Of a stretch of 64,000 nucleotides of DNA, positions 1 through 10,733 are shown piece by piece. Position 1 is the first letter of the stretch. Each line of letters starts with the position of its first letter. A program made the position numbers and the translations under genes. Source of the DNA: an uncultured virus (IMG/VR IMGVR_UViG_3300028840_003539) (Duplodnaviria; Heunggongvirae; Uroviricota; Caudoviricetes). The stretch is from the IMG/VR virus record IMGVR_UViG_3300028840_003539. The stretch is one strand, 5' to 3'. The notes under the pieces were generated by a model, which had not been told where the DNA came from, made no database searches, and saw only the letters and a program-made list of their open reading frames with translations.

Positions 1-324
1 CCCGGGCAAGAGCTTCCCGTGGGAGCGGTACGAGCACTTCGGGCTGGAGATCATCAGGTAGACCTATCGGGAACGGCCTGCTGCTCCTCGCACGGGTTGG
101 GCGGGCCAGCGCAGCCCTTGCCGGCCGTGGGCCGTTCCCGTCTAGCGCACGCAGCCCCGGCGTGTCTTGGCCTTGATCCACGGCGCAGCGTCGACGCCGT
201 CGCAGACGTGCGGCTTGACCCACCAGGAGCCATCGTGGAAGCACACCCAACCAGCTAAACGGCATACCCCGCCGCCTGGCGCAGCAGAGAAGCAAAGGCG
301 GAAGCTGGTCCAGTCGTCATGCAT

Positions 325-1509
325 CTAGCCTTCCTTGATCGCCGTCAGCCGCTCCCGCAGCAGCTCTCCCACCGCGACCGGCGACACCCGTGCGCGCGCC
401 TGGTGGGCTAGCTCTGCCACCGTCGAGCCCGAACGGACCAGCTGGAAAGCGACCCTGAGCTGCCGCGTCAGGTCTTCGAGGTTGGGGTCCCACCACTTCT
501 GTCCGGGCCTGCCAGGCACGTCGGTCAGCTGCGACCAGTAGGTCAACGCTCCTGGCGGCGTTTCTACTGCGTCGGCGGGCACCACGACCAGGTTGCCGGC
601 GGCAGCAGCTTCCCAGGCGGGCAGGCAGAAGCCTTCGCCGCGCGTGGCGGTGACAAAGACGTGGTTGATGGCGTGCAGCTTGCAGATCCAGCTGTAGGGC
701 CTGGGCCGCGTCGACAGGTGCACGACGGGTGCGTCGAACGGCTGCGGTTGTTGTCCGCGTAACCAGTCGAGTTGCTCGTGCAGCAGCTTGTCGTGCGCCA
801 CGACATCACGCCCAGACGGAGCCGGGCTGTGGATGACCAGCTCGACCGGGTCGGACGACGTCCAGCCTGTGTTGAAGTACGCCTGCAGCAAGCCGTCGCG
901 AACGTTCTTTCGCTCATCCCAGCTCCCGACGTAATAGAAGCACACGGGCGAGGTGTGCTTGTACTCGTGCGGCCCGATGTTGGGGTGCACCCTCGGCGCG
1001 ATGTCGGGCGCCACCTCCTTGGGTGGCGTCTCCAGCAGCTCGGGCTGCAACGCGTGCGGGATGACGTAGATGGGCTTTTCGACGCCGGCCTGCAGCAGCG
1101 TCTGCTGAACTTGCTCGGACACCGCCCAGACCTCGTCACAGCGATTGATCGGCGACACGACGTCGTCGGGTAGCCTGTCCGTGCTCCAGGACGCCACGAC
1201 GATGTTGTACCAGTCCTTCGTCCAGAAGCGGCCGGCGGCCAGCAGGGCCACGTCGATGACGTTCAGGCGGCGCAGGCCGCTGAACGATGGCTTGTCGCGC
1301 GCACACAGGTAACATGCGTGCAGCCAATCCTCCGGCGGGTTCGCCGGCGGCCACGGCATAATGTCGATCTGCTCCTCCGTCACGCCTATGGTGCGCAGCG
1401 CCGCGAGGTAGCCCCGCATCGAGTAGCCACGCCCGGAGATGCCGCAGTCGCCGATGTAGCGGATGGGGTAGGGGAACCAGTTAGGCACAGGCACGACCTT
1501 CCCGTTCAT
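325..1509 (-). CDS. GT-B glycosyltransferase (GT4-like)
   Basis: VIPHAL, FYYVGSWDERKN and HVFVTATRGEGFCLPAWEAAAAG (E-x7-E) motifs. Start moved to ATG 1509, which overlaps the integrase stop and follows GGAGG. Confidence 0.85.
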   Translation of the reverse strand: MNGKVVPVPNWFPYPIRYIGDCGISGRGYSMRGYLAALRTIGVTEEQIDIMPWPPANPPEDWLHACYLCARDKPSFSGLRRLNVIDVALLAAGRFWTKDWYNIVVASWSTDRLPDDVVSPINRCDEVWAVSEQVQQTLLQAGVEKPIYVIPHALQPELLETPPKEVAPDIAPRVHPNIGPHEYKHTSPVCFYYVGSWDERKNVRDGLLQAYFNTGWTSSDPVELVIHSPAPSGRDVVAHDKLLHEQLDWLRGQQPQPFDAPVVHLSTRPRPYSWICKLHAINHVFVTATRGEGFCLPAWEAAAAGNLVVVPADAVETPPGALTYWSQLTDVPGRPGQKWWDPNLEDLTRQLRVAFQLVRSGSTVAELAHQARARVSPVAVGELLRERLTAIKEG

Positions 1510-2186
1510 TCGAAGTCCTCCTCCGTCGCTCGCCGAAAGGCAGCATCCGCGACCTCGCGGCCACGCCCGGTCTCGGCGATGTAGTGCTCCCAGCTCGTCT
1601 CGGCCGACCGGTGGCCCAGGAGCTTCGCCACCGTCTTGAGTGCGCTGCGGGCGTCCAGCCCTTGCCGCTCGGCTTCCTGGAACAGGTGCGTGGCCCGAGC
1701 GTGCCGCAGGGCGTGCGGGTGCGCGACAGATCGATCCACGCCGGCGGCCAGGCACACGTCCCGCACGGCGTTGTAGACGGTCTGCCTGGTCACGCCGCGG
1801 ACCTTCCCGTTGCGCGCGTAGCCAGGAAAGATGAACCGCGCCGGGTCAGCGTAGGCTGCCACGGCCACGTCTGCGATCCGGTGGTGCTCCTGCACCCACT
1901 GGGTCAGCATCTGCGCCAGCTCGGGCGAGACGGTCGCCCAGCCGGCCGCAGAGCCCTTGCCGCGGGGCAGGTACAGCTGCGCCGGGTTCAGGTGCAGCCG
2001 CTTCAGATGGTCCAGCCGCATCTGGCTGATCTCGCCGGCGCGCAGCGCCACCTCATATAATAGTCTCACCAGCACGTGCTCGAACACGCCCGTGGACGCT
2101 GCCTGCCGCATCACCGCCCTGGTCTCGGCGAACGTCAGGTGCTTCCGAGGCCCCTTGCGGGGCTCAGGGACGGGCTTGTAGGGCAT
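1506..2186 (-). CDS. Tyrosine recombinase, catalytic domain only (FimB/E- or XerC/D-like)
   Basis: ALRAGE (Arg), HPHALRH (HxxR) and LLGH...Y motifs. About 226 aa with no N-terminal binding domain; TGATG coupling at 2186. Confidence 0.9.
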   Translation of the reverse strand: MPYKPVPEPRKGPRKHLTFAETRAVMRQAASTGVFEHVLVRLLYEVALRAGEISQMRLDHLKRLHLNPAQLYLPRGKGSAAGWATVSPELAQMLTQWVQEHHRIADVAVAAYADPARFIFPGYARNGKVRGVTRQTVYNAVRDVCLAAGVDRSVAHPHALRHARATHLFQEAERQGLDARSALKTVAKLLGHRSAETSWEHYIAETGRGREVADAAFRRATEEDFE

Positions 2187-2539
2187 CACCACCACCCGCG
2201 GGAAAGCGCGAAGAGCATCAACCCACCGATTCCCGTACCGGTCAAGACGCCACAGGCCCAGTACCACAGCGGGTGGAGCGGATCGCGGCGTCTGTCCCCG
2301 AGCTGCTCGTTGGCACGGTCGATCGCCTGGTGCCAGTGCCCTGCGAGCCAGTCAACCTGTCGGCCGACGTCCGAAACGACCGACCTGACAGTACGGGCGG
2401 TTGCCTCCAGGCGCGCGAGGCGGGCGTGCAGCGTCTCGGGCTGCTTCGCCGGCGTGCGGAAGGGCTGCGTCTCGGGCCGGCGCGCCCCAGGCGGGAAGTC
2501 GTCGACCATTGCTATGTTGCCTTGCAGGTCCGAAGTCAT
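2186..2539 (-). CDS. Hypothetical coiled-coil protein with C-terminal TM helix
   Basis: Coupled to neighbours; C-terminal hydrophobic stretch. Confidence 0.55.
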   Translation of the reverse strand: MTSDLQGNIAMVDDFPPGARRPETQPFRTPAKQPETLHARLARLEATARTVRSVVSDVGRQVDWLAGHWHQAIDRANEQLGDRRRDPLHPLWYWACGVLTGTGIGGLMLFALSRGWW

Positions 2540-2541
2540 CG

Positions 2542-2949
2542 CTACATCTCCCCCTTGGCGCGCGCTGCATGCGCCCGGCTGGACGCGAGCTTGTTGATGG
2601 CGTCCCGCACTTCGAGCGCGATGGCGAAGAGCACGTTCGCCTGCTCCGCGGTTGGCGCGGATCGCCAATCCTCCAACCACGACTCTGCGCCCGAGGAAGC
2701 GCGCGGGTGCGTCAGCCCGCCTACGGCTTCCAGCTTCGCTGGCCATTGCAGCGCGCGGAAGGCACGCACCAAGGCGCGCACGTGCTCCGGGTTGTAGCTG
2801 CACGGCGCTTCCTGCTCCGCTGCGGCACACGTGAGCGCGCCGCTCAGCATATCCGCGCAGCTTGCCACGATCTCTGCACAGGCCCCGGCGCGTGGGGCAA
2901 GGCCCCGCAAACGGGCCTCGACCGCCTTGATCGCTTCGATGTCAGCCAT
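2542..2949 (-). CDS. Hypothetical protein
   Basis: 135-aa ORF tiling the minus-strand operon. Confidence 0.55.
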   Translation of the reverse strand: MADIEAIKAVEARLRGLAPRAGACAEIVASCADMLSGALTCAAAEQEAPCSYNPEHVRALVRAFRALQWPAKLEAVGGLTHPRASSGAESWLEDWRSAPTAEQANVLFAIALEVRDAINKLASSRAHAARAKGEM

Positions 2950-3252
2950 TCGCTAAAACTCCAATGATTTCAATGTGTTACCACTACTTTTACCGTCTTC
3001 GAGGATAGTATTTTGGCGCACGCGTTCTGTGGGTCCGCGGGGCTCTTCTTGTTCCTTTTGGGTTGCCGTCCGCCCCAAACCACCCGTAGCCTACAGCTCG
3101 CCCGCTTGCGTCGAGCACTGAGTAAACCGGGCCGCGATCGGGGTCGTCTTCAACAAACTCCGCCCTGACAGCGTGTCCCCAGAAGGCGCGGTACTTGTGA
3201 AACCACGCCACCAGGTCTTTGCAGTCAGTCTCACGCAGCGAGGTCATCGCTT

Positions 3253-3780
3253 CTACCGCCTGGCGATCTCTGATTCCGCCGCACGCCGGTACCACCACGG
3301 CCCGATGCCGGGCAGCGCGAAGACGTAGGCGCAGCTGTGGTTGACGGCGCGGCCGAAACGGTCTGCGCGGTTGCGCACCTCGCCGGCTGTGCGGCCGGCG
3401 TGAAGCATCTGGCGCCACCTCCACCGATCGGCGACCAGTTCAAACCAGCACCGGAAGACAGCGAGCCCGACCCAGGGCGGCATCGCGTAGTACAGCAGCA
3501 GGAAGAGAGGCACACCGCACCAGGCGCGCACGGTCTTGCCGAAGAACCAGCCCAAGATCGGCACGGTCCACCCGAGCAGCTCGTAGGTCCAGTTGTGCCC
3601 AGCCTCGTGGGCAAGCGTGTTGAACGGGAGGTTGTGGTGCTCGGCCGCGTAGATCTGCAGCGGCCCGAGGGCGAACGGGCGCCCACCGGTCAACCACGAG
3701 AGCCGGGTGGTCAGCCTCGCTGCGGGCCAGAACGTGCGCGCGACGTCCTGGTAGTGGTTCTTGTTCGCTGTCCAGCTCAC
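3253..3780 (-). CDS. Membrane protein with HExxH zincin-like motif
   Basis: TLAHEAGH followed by hydrophobic helices; GTG start overlaps the upstream stop. Confidence 0.5.
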   Translation of the reverse strand: MSWTANKNHYQDVARTFWPAARLTTRLSWLTGGRPFALGPLQIYAAEHHNLPFNTLAHEAGHNWTYELLGWTVPILGWFFGKTVRAWCGVPLFLLLYYAMPPWVGLAVFRCWFELVADRWRWRQMLHAGRTAGEVRNRADRFGRAVNHSCAYVFALPGIGPWWYRRAAESEIARR

Positions 3781-4220
3781 GGGATCTCTCCCGTCCCGCC
3801 GCAGCGGCGGCACCGGCGCTCGATCATGCCCACCTCGGTCACCTTGCCGCTTCCGCCGCAGTCTGGGCACGGCACGCCACGCAGCTTCAGCTTGGGTCGC
3901 GCCTTGCGCTTCGCCCGCAGCCGCGCAACACCCGCGTCGTGCTTCGCGCGCGCCTTCACGCGCGCCTCGTCATCGAGCCCCGACGGAATACCGAGTGCGT
4001 CGAGCACAGAACTGCAGCCGCAAGCGCAGTCATCAGGGTGGTGCGCCTGCGCGTCCGGCGCCGGCCTACCGTAGAACGACTCGCGCCGGCACACGGCCAG
4101 CTCGAACGCTTCGAGGCACGACATCAGGTACTCGGCCAAGATGAAGTCGGGCGTGTCCGACGCGTTCTCGCGGCTGTGCGTGTTTAGCAGCTCGCCGATC
4201 TCCGTGCTCAGCTTGCTCAT
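3777..4220 (-). CDS. Phage protein with C-terminal CxxCxGxG zinc finger
   Basis: CPDCGGSG and CRRCGGTG; N-terminal SRENASDTPDFILAEYL motif recalled from phage hypothetical proteins. Confidence 0.6.
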   Translation of the reverse strand: MSKLSTEIGELLNTHSRENASDTPDFILAEYLMSCLEAFELAVCRRESFYGRPAPDAQAHHPDDCACGCSSVLDALGIPSGLDDEARVKARAKHDAGVARLRAKRKARPKLKLRGVPCPDCGGSGKVTEVGMIERRCRRCGGTGEIP

Positions 4221-4879
4221 CGCCATCCTCCTGCACCCTCGCAGTCGCAGCTCGGGTGGTGTCCGGGGATCGGGCAGCCCTTGACGGGCCGCACGTCCTC
4301 GACCGCGTTCCCCCACGCGTCCCAGCCGTAGCGCGCCTCACGGGCGAACATCTCCAGGCGCGGCCCTGGCGAGACGTGCTCGATGTCGTCGTAGGCTTGC
4401 TGCGGCTTCTCGCTGTGCTCGCCCCGAGGCGCGAGCAGCAGGGTCGTCGGGCACGACCGGGGCTTCTTCATCGACTTCCAGCGCGCTGGCAGCGTGCCGC
4501 GCACGCCGAACAGCAGCAGCTCGTGCTGGCCGCGCAGGTACTGGCCGAGGCCGGGGCGCTGGGGCTTCCACACAGCTTCGGAGTACCGCTCGACGAGGGG
4601 CTGTTCCATCTTCGCCCACGCCCGGTTGGTCACGTAGCGGAAGCCGAGCGCGCCCATCAGCCAGAGCCCGTCCGGCAGGAAGTTGTTGGTCACCCAGAGC
4701 CACAGGTGGGCGTTGGCGGCGGGGCGCCAGCACGGCGCCGTCACCATCACGCGCAGGATGTCCTCGCGCTTCTTGATGAGCGGGTAGTGCCGGTCGGCGC
4801 CCCGCTTGATCTTGCCGCCGCCGGTTTCGTTCCAGGGCGGGTCGGCGACGATGCAGGGGTATTCGGCGGCCCAGGCCAT
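4217..4879 (-). CDS. MT-A70 family adenine methyltransferase
   Basis: IVADPPW, HLWLWVTN, GLGQYLRGQHELLLFG, HSEKP and RLEMFAR...GWDAWGN. Confidence 0.92.
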   Translation of the reverse strand: MAWAAEYPCIVADPPWNETGGGKIKRGADRHYPLIKKREDILRVMVTAPCWRPAANAHLWLWVTNNFLPDGLWLMGALGFRYVTNRAWAKMEQPLVERYSEAVWKPQRPGLGQYLRGQHELLLFGVRGTLPARWKSMKKPRSCPTTLLLAPRGEHSEKPQQAYDDIEHVSPGPRLEMFAREARYGWDAWGNAVEDVRPVKGCPIPGHHPSCDCEGAGGWR

Positions 4880-6640
4880 CAGTCTCTCCACGGCGGCAGG
4901 TAGCGCACGTACAGTCGCCCTAGCCGCAGTGACTTGTGCACGCCGGGCTGCCGCTCCGAGAAGCTCAGGCGGTTGCGCCGCAGGTCTTTGACCACCAAGC
5001 CGTGGCCGCGCCAAAAGCGGAACCAGGCGTGGCCGGCGGCGATGTCGATGTTGAAGGAGAAGGTCATCCCGTCGCTCCCACCGTCTCGTTCCAGTCTGCC
5101 GTCAAAGACTCTCCTTCATCGCGTTCAGCAACAGCTCAACCGGCAAGGTGTCTTGTGCTTTCTCTGAGCACTGATCGCACACGGCAACCCAGAGGCTCGG
5201 GAGTCCTGGACACAGCAGCTGCATCCAGGGATCATTCGGCAGCGGCCCGTTGCAGTGTGCGCAGATGGCGTCGCTGCACTCGTCGTAGCCTTCTTCAAGC
5301 CGGAGCTGCGAACGCAGCTTCATCCCGTCGTGCTTCGCTACTTCCTTGATCCCTTTCATTGCCCTACCTGGCCCTTCAGCTTCCGCTCCGCGCGTGGCAG
5401 CGGCCCTACGTTGCCTTCGAACGCTTCTCCGCAGTGGTGGCAGCCTCGCGCACCCACGAACACCTTCTCGCCGCAGGCAGAACAGACGTACTCTGGCTCC
5501 GCCGCGTCTGATGGTGCGTGGTAGGCGTGTGCGCTCTTCGACCCATCGATGAAGCCCGACTTGTAGGCAGCCTTCATCAGATCCACGACCGACGACACGC
5601 CGATGTGAATCGCTGTCGGCGCGTTCTGCAGCAGCTCGTCAAGCTTGTCCTTCGGCATCTCCATCAGCCTTGCAGTCCTTTCTTCTTGACCAACCACTCC
5701 GGCACCTCGAAGGTCGCCTCGTCGCCACGGCGCAGCCCAGCTGGGTAGCGGACGTGCGCCCGCGGCAGCCAGATCGGCTCGACGCCGTGCTCGACCAAGA
5801 CGCCCTTCTCGGTAGAGTTGAGGTAGATGAGATCGATCTTCGGCATCACCCTTCCCACCGCGGCAGCAGCCACTCAGGCTGCAAGCCGTAGACTGAGCAC
5901 ATGCCTTTGGCGAAGTCGCCGCCCTGACGAACTGGCAGCGCGCCGCGCAGCCAGTGCAGAACGAACATCCGACCGCACCGCCTGCATGCGAACAGGACGA
6001 CGGCTCGTGACGTCAAATATGGCCCAAACAGCTTCAGCTGGCGACGGTCTACACGCAGCGACACTGCCCAGTCGTGGCGCCCTAACGTGCATCGCACCCA
6101 ACCCCACCACGTCTGCCGCTTGCGCTGCAGTGGCAAGCGCGGGTCGCCGGGCGTGCGGTAGGGAGCATGCTGCGTCATCTTTGCCTTCGTCCGTCCGGTA
6201 GCACGGCGCGATCGTGCCCGATCTTCATCACGCTTCCCTGAGATGAAACAGGTTGCGGTAGACCTCTTTGCAGGCTCCGCGCCAAGCCGATTTCAGGCTG
6301 AGCCCATCCAGATAACTTTCCAGCAGCCACAGCAGGCAGTCTCGCTGCCGGGCGGACAGACGCAGCACGAACACAGCGCTTTGCGGTCGCGTCGGCACTG
6401 CGTGTTCTTGGTCCTCGCGTACGCCCATCGATCTACCCCTTGCAGCTTCGTCCGCCTGCCAGCACGTCAGCGATCGTGCTCACCTCTTGTACCGAAGCAG
6501 CTTGCAGAGCCTTGCGTAGATGGTTCCCGCGGGCCACTCGCGCCAGCGTCGGTAGTCCCTCGCAAACAACAGCTGGCGTCTGCGCTGCCGCAGCATGTGC
6601 CGTAGGGCAACAGCTTCTTCTTTGGTCAGGTTGAGGACCA

Positions 6641-7408
6641 TCAGCGCCTCCCAGCCTCGATGAAGTGGCCCATGAAGGGCCAGCTCTTGATCCACTCGCA
6701 GATGCTTCCCTCACAGCCCTCACGCCACATCGGCAGCCGGTGCTTGTGTCGCGAACCGAACATCCTGAAGCCCACCTCGTAGTTGAGCAGGTAGGTCGCC
6801 CGCTGCAAAAAGCCCTCGGGCAGCAAGTCCTTCATCGTGACCCGCTCTGCCCGCCTTGCCTTCGCGCCATCGGCCTCGCGGAAGTCGTCCACAGCCCGGT
6901 TCAGCTCGTCCAGGAAGAGCTGCGGCAACGGGTTCTCGAAGTCCTCCTGCACGAGATGGCGCTTTCCGAGCGTGTTCATCGTCGAGCACGAGTTGCGCAC
7001 CGTGCCGATCTTGTACGTGTCGACCTCTTGCCAGACGTAGCGCGGCAGCACGAAGTCGCACCACACGACGATGTAGCGCAGGAACTTGCGGTGATCGCCA
7101 CCGCGACGGATGAGCTTGCGGGCCAGCTCCATGTCCTTGGGGCCGATGCGTGGGCACTCGCGCGCGATCGGGTGACCCATACCAACAACACGTACGGCTT
7201 CGGCGCCAGCTTGGCCGCAACCGGCGCGCACCTTCGCCGTCGTATCGGTCACCTCGTTGCCGCAGATGTCCATCCAGATAGGAACGAAGCCTTGCGTGTC
7301 GAAGAACTTGAGGAAGGCGCTATCCGAGTCGGCCCAGCTGTCCATCGGGTTACGCATGCCACGGAAAGCTGCACGGAAGCCGTAGATTTCAGTGTGCTCG
7401 ATCTTCAT
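6641..7408 (-). CDS. Phage ThyX-like (flavin-dependent thymidylate synthase-like) protein
   Basis: RGMRNP..SW..SDS, DHRKFLR, EVDTYKIGTVRNSCSTM, LLPEGFLQR and RHKHRLP motifs. Confidence 0.6.
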   Translation of the reverse strand: MKIEHTEIYGFRAAFRGMRNPMDSWADSDSAFLKFFDTQGFVPIWMDICGNEVTDTTAKVRAGCGQAGAEAVRVVGMGHPIARECPRIGPKDMELARKLIRRGGDHRKFLRYIVVWCDFVLPRYVWQEVDTYKIGTVRNSCSTMNTLGKRHLVQEDFENPLPQLFLDELNRAVDDFREADGAKARRAERVTMKDLLPEGFLQRATYLLNYEVGFRMFGSRHKHRLPMWREGCEGSICEWIKSWPFMGHFIEAGRR

Positions 7409-7982
7409 GCCGACAAGACCTCCGTGCACTCCGGGCAGACGGCGAAGTCAGCCAGACGGGCGCTCGTACGCGTCCAGACGTGCGTCCAGCGAGCCTGCAG
7501 CGACGGCCTGCCGAAAGAAAAGCTCCAGGTCTCGCGCCGACTCTCGCGCCGCCAGTAGCGGAGACACACGTCGCGCTTGCAGTAGGGGCACCTCACGAAA
7601 GCCCGCCACGCCCGCCGTACGTCCCCGCCGCAGCCCGCGCGATCCTGCTGCCACCATTCTCGGCTTCCTCAACCTGCATGCGCATCTGCTTGCGGTTGAT
7701 CGCCTTGGCCCGCCGCTCCAGCTCATCGTCAGCCAGCGCTTCGCCGTGGTCTGCCTCACTCAACGTCGAAAGGTAGATGTCGGCAAACGGCAAGCACAGG
7801 ATGGCGCCGCTGGGCAGCTCGAACGACAGATACGACACCATCTCCTCTTCGTGCTCGTCCCAACTGACCACGCGGCCTCGCATGGCGCCCTGGTTGACGT
7901 TCTGGCGAAACCACAACGACGCCGTCGTGCCGGCAGCGAACTTCTCTTTCAGAAACCTCGGGGCTAGCATCTTCTTCACCTC

Positions 7983-8426
7983 CTACCTGTAGATTTGTTG
8001 CCAGGCACGCGTCAGCATCCGCTGCACGCGTGAATTCGGATCGAGCGCGTTGTCTGAGAAGACCTGTGCGCCGAAGGTGTCGCGCAGCCACATCGCTACG
8101 GCGCCGCTGCGGCTGACGCCCGCATCGCAGTGGACGCAGATGACCCTGATATCTCGCCGCACAGCGTCGGCGACGAAGCAGATGATCTCGCGCGCCATCC
8201 GGTCGTTGAACAGTCGATGCGGCCCGTAGACCTTGCCGAAGGCTTCGCCAGGCGCGGTCTCCAAGTCGTGGAACCAGAGACGCAGCGCAGCGACGTACGG
8301 CTCAGACAGCGCCGCCGCTGGGTCGCCGGGCGTCGAGATGGAAATCCAGACGCACGGGTGCGGCGGCTTCAACGTCCGCGCTCCGCTGCGGTCTGTGACG
8401 TAGACGTGCAGCCCGCTAGGTGACAT
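7983..8426 (-). CDS. Protein tyrosine/dual-specificity phosphatase-like protein
   Basis: VHCDAGVSRSGAV (HCx5R P-loop); ISISTP and LRLWFHD upstream. Confidence 0.85.
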   Translation of the reverse strand: MSPSGLHVYVTDRSGARTLKPPHPCVWISISTPGDPAAALSEPYVAALRLWFHDLETAPGEAFGKVYGPHRLFNDRMAREIICFVADAVRRDIRVICVHCDAGVSRSGAVAMWLRDTFGAQVFSDNALDPNSRVQRMLTRAWQQIYR

Positions 8427-8714
8427 CGTAGCCCTTCCGCTCAAGCGCACGGATGATGCGATCGACTTGCTCGCGCAGGGATCGTGCGGGCTCAAGATGC
8501 TCGACGGTCGGCTCGTACACAAGCCAGGACGACCCGAACTCCTCGCAGGCGTTGTCGAGCAGCTGTTGAAGCTCACGTGTTGCTTCTTCGACGCTGACGC
8601 TGTTCAGCGGCTCTTCGCTCTCGTACACGACAACGACTGACAGGCGAAACCGCTTCTGGTACGTCTGCTTGCCACTCGTCCGCATATGCTCTACTCCAGG
8701 CATCTTCCTGCTCC

Positions 8715-9152
8715 TCACTTCGCCGCTGGCGGTGCGGGCGCCGGTGCAAGCTTCGGCAGCGTGCGCTGCACTGGCCGCGGACGTTTCGCCGCGCCGAGCG
8801 CCTTGACCAGCGCCTTGACCGCCGTCGGGGTTGCTACTGTGCCGCGTCGGCGGCCGTTCGTCGGTCGGTTGAGCGCAGCCAGGTAGCCGCTGACGAACGA
8901 CGTGAGCGCTTCGACCTTCGCCTGGCAAGCTTCCGTCGCGCCGGCAGCCGCTTCGCGGTTGGACTTGACCCATGTCTGCAGCTCGTCGACCTTCTTGGCC
9001 AACGCCTTGTGGCTGACGGTGTTGGCGACGATCGCCTGGCGTGCCTTCTCCTCGGGCTTGACGGCGCCGTAGACCGCCACCGCGGCGACGGCGAGCGTCG
9101 CGGCGCCCTTGACGAGCTTGCGCGAGGCGGTTTTGACGTCATCGGTCATCAT
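8715..9152 (-). CDS. Membrane-anchored coiled-coil protein
   Basis: N-terminal hydrophobic helix followed by a heptad-like region. Confidence 0.55.
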   Translation of the reverse strand: MMTDDVKTASRKLVKGAATLAVAAVAVYGAVKPEEKARQAIVANTVSHKALAKKVDELQTWVKSNREAAAGATEACQAKVEALTSFVSGYLAALNRPTNGRRRGTVATPTAVKALVKALGAAKRPRPVQRTLPKLAPAPAPPAAK

Positions 9153-9868
9153 AAAAGCCCCTCGTCAGTGCTTGAGTATCCGTAGAACCGAGCGACCTCG
9201 CGCAGCTCTTTCCCCAACGATGTGCTTGCGCGTGGCATGTCGTCCCACGTCAGCGGTCGAACGTATCTGGTGTTCCCGCAGTGCGTGTTGAACGTCGTGT
9301 TGATGAACCGCGGCGTCTTCGCTGGCAGCCCGACTGCCGTAAGAATCTCGTCTGGGCGCTCAACACGGCAACGTGCTACAGCTCGACGTCGAGTGCCGGC
9401 CTGCGACAGGAGCCACGACATGGCTACGTGCTCCAAAGCGTCCGCGCGACCGCATGCGCACGCGCTGATCACCCGTACGGGATGCCGAAGCAAATGCACG
9501 ACGTTGACCCATGTCGGGAAGGTGTCGAACAAAGCGAATTGCCCAACAAGCCCGTTGCTTTCTGCGCGGGCCTCGTCAAACGGAACAGTAGGCAAGACTG
9601 GCCGTGTCTCTCCGTTCTTGTCTCGCCAGCGAATGCCGGTGTTCGTCGCCTCATGCACGCACGGCAGGCCGTGACGCGTCAGCAGCATTGCGGCGTACAT
9701 CGTCCCCGAAAAGGGAAAGCCCGTCAGGAGCCAACGCAAGCGTGGTGGGTAGGCGGGCTGGCTTCGTCGTGGCGTCCAAAGCGGCTGCGTCGAAGCCAGC
9801 GATGTTGCTGCGTGCGGCCCGACGATGACGCCTGCGTCGTAGCCAAGCACCGGCGGGAGATCAGTCAT
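9149..9868 (-). CDS. Sulfotransferase-like P-loop protein
   Basis: LLTGFPFSGT (PAPS-loop-like), CVHE and VVHLLRHP motifs. Overlaps the RT stop. Confidence 0.55.
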   Translation of the reverse strand: MTDLPPVLGYDAGVIVGPHAATSLASTQPLWTPRRSQPAYPPRLRWLLTGFPFSGTMYAAMLLTRHGLPCVHEATNTGIRWRDKNGETRPVLPTVPFDEARAESNGLVGQFALFDTFPTWVNVVHLLRHPVRVISACACGRADALEHVAMSWLLSQAGTRRRAVARCRVERPDEILTAVGLPAKTPRFINTTFNTHCGNTRYVRPLTWDDMPRASTSLGKELREVARFYGYSSTDEGLL

Positions 9869-10733
9869 CGCGGTGCTGCTCCCCGTACTTCAACTCGCGC
9901 AGCCGCTTCCGAAACGGCTCGGCGCGTTCCGGGTCGGTCATCGCGAGGTAGCTCGACAGCCCCTGCATCTCCTCGGTGAGCGCTGCGTCGGCACCGCCAC
10001 GCTTTTCCAACAGGTGCATGCCGGCGCGCAACCTTCGCCAGAGATTCCGCGGGGCTCTAACCGACGGGCGGCCCGCCTGCTCGTTGATCAGCAGCCCGGT
10101 AACCAGCATCGCGCCCGATTGGTCTGCGCGTCGGGTCTTGGCCGCGTTTATCGACAGGTGATGGTCGGCTAACGCTTGCGCAACTGCGTCTTCTGCCGGC
10201 AAGCAGTGTTCCCGCTGCGCCGAAAACGAGATGTCGTCGACAAAGCGCGTGTAGACGCCGGCGCACAGCCTCGACAGCCGTTCATCCAGTTCGTAGCACA
10301 CGACGTCGGCCAGAAAGGCGCTGGTCGGCGCCCCTTGTACAAGGCGGCCACGCCGCGTCGTGAGCAGCGTGAGCAACGAAGCCGCCTCGTAGTCGAAGAC
10401 GGCAGCGAGCCGCTGGCGCAGGCGGTCCGACGTCACGTGGTCGAAGAAGTCGACCACGTCGAAGCACAGCAGCACCTTGGCGCCGGCGTGCCTCCGGGCG
10501 TTCTTCAGTGGACCGAGGCGCCCCGTAGCGGCCTCGTGCGTCGGCAGCAGCTCGGTCAAGAACGCTAGCAGCGCACGCTGCACCGCCATCAGTGGCGGGG
10601 CTGGCGCGAAGACGAAACGCTTCCCGCCGGCCGGCTTCGGCACGACGTGCATCGTGTAGTCGTCTTGCACCCGCTGGCTCAGCTCGTCGTGGCTGTAGCC
10701 GGTGGCGCGCTCGATGGCAGAAAAGTCCAGCAC
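9861..10733 (-). CDS. Retron-type reverse transcriptase
   Basis: PKPAGGKR, NARRH (retron NAxxH), FDVVDFF, LVQGAPTS, YTRFVDD (YADD variant) and LVTGL (retron VTG); 290 aa. Confidence 0.92.
   Translation of the reverse strand: MLDFSAIERATGYSHDELSQRVQDDYTMHVVPKPAGGKRFVFAPAPPLMAVQRALLAFLTELLPTHEAATGRLGPLKNARRHAGAKVLLCFDVVDFFDHVTSDRLRQRLAAVFDYEAASLLTLLTTRRGRLVQGAPTSAFLADVVCYELDERLSRLCAGVYTRFVDDISFSAQREHCLPAEDAVAQALADHHLSINAAKTRRADQSGAMLVTGLLINEQAGRPSVRAPRNLWRRLRAGMHLLEKRGGADAALTEEMQGLSSYLAMTDPERAEPFRKRLRELKYGEQHRDD

Noticed and set aside
9861..10733. Diversity-generating retroelement or group II intron
   Set aside because: The RT has retron motifs and no maturase domain. I saw no adenine-specific TR/VR pair by eye.
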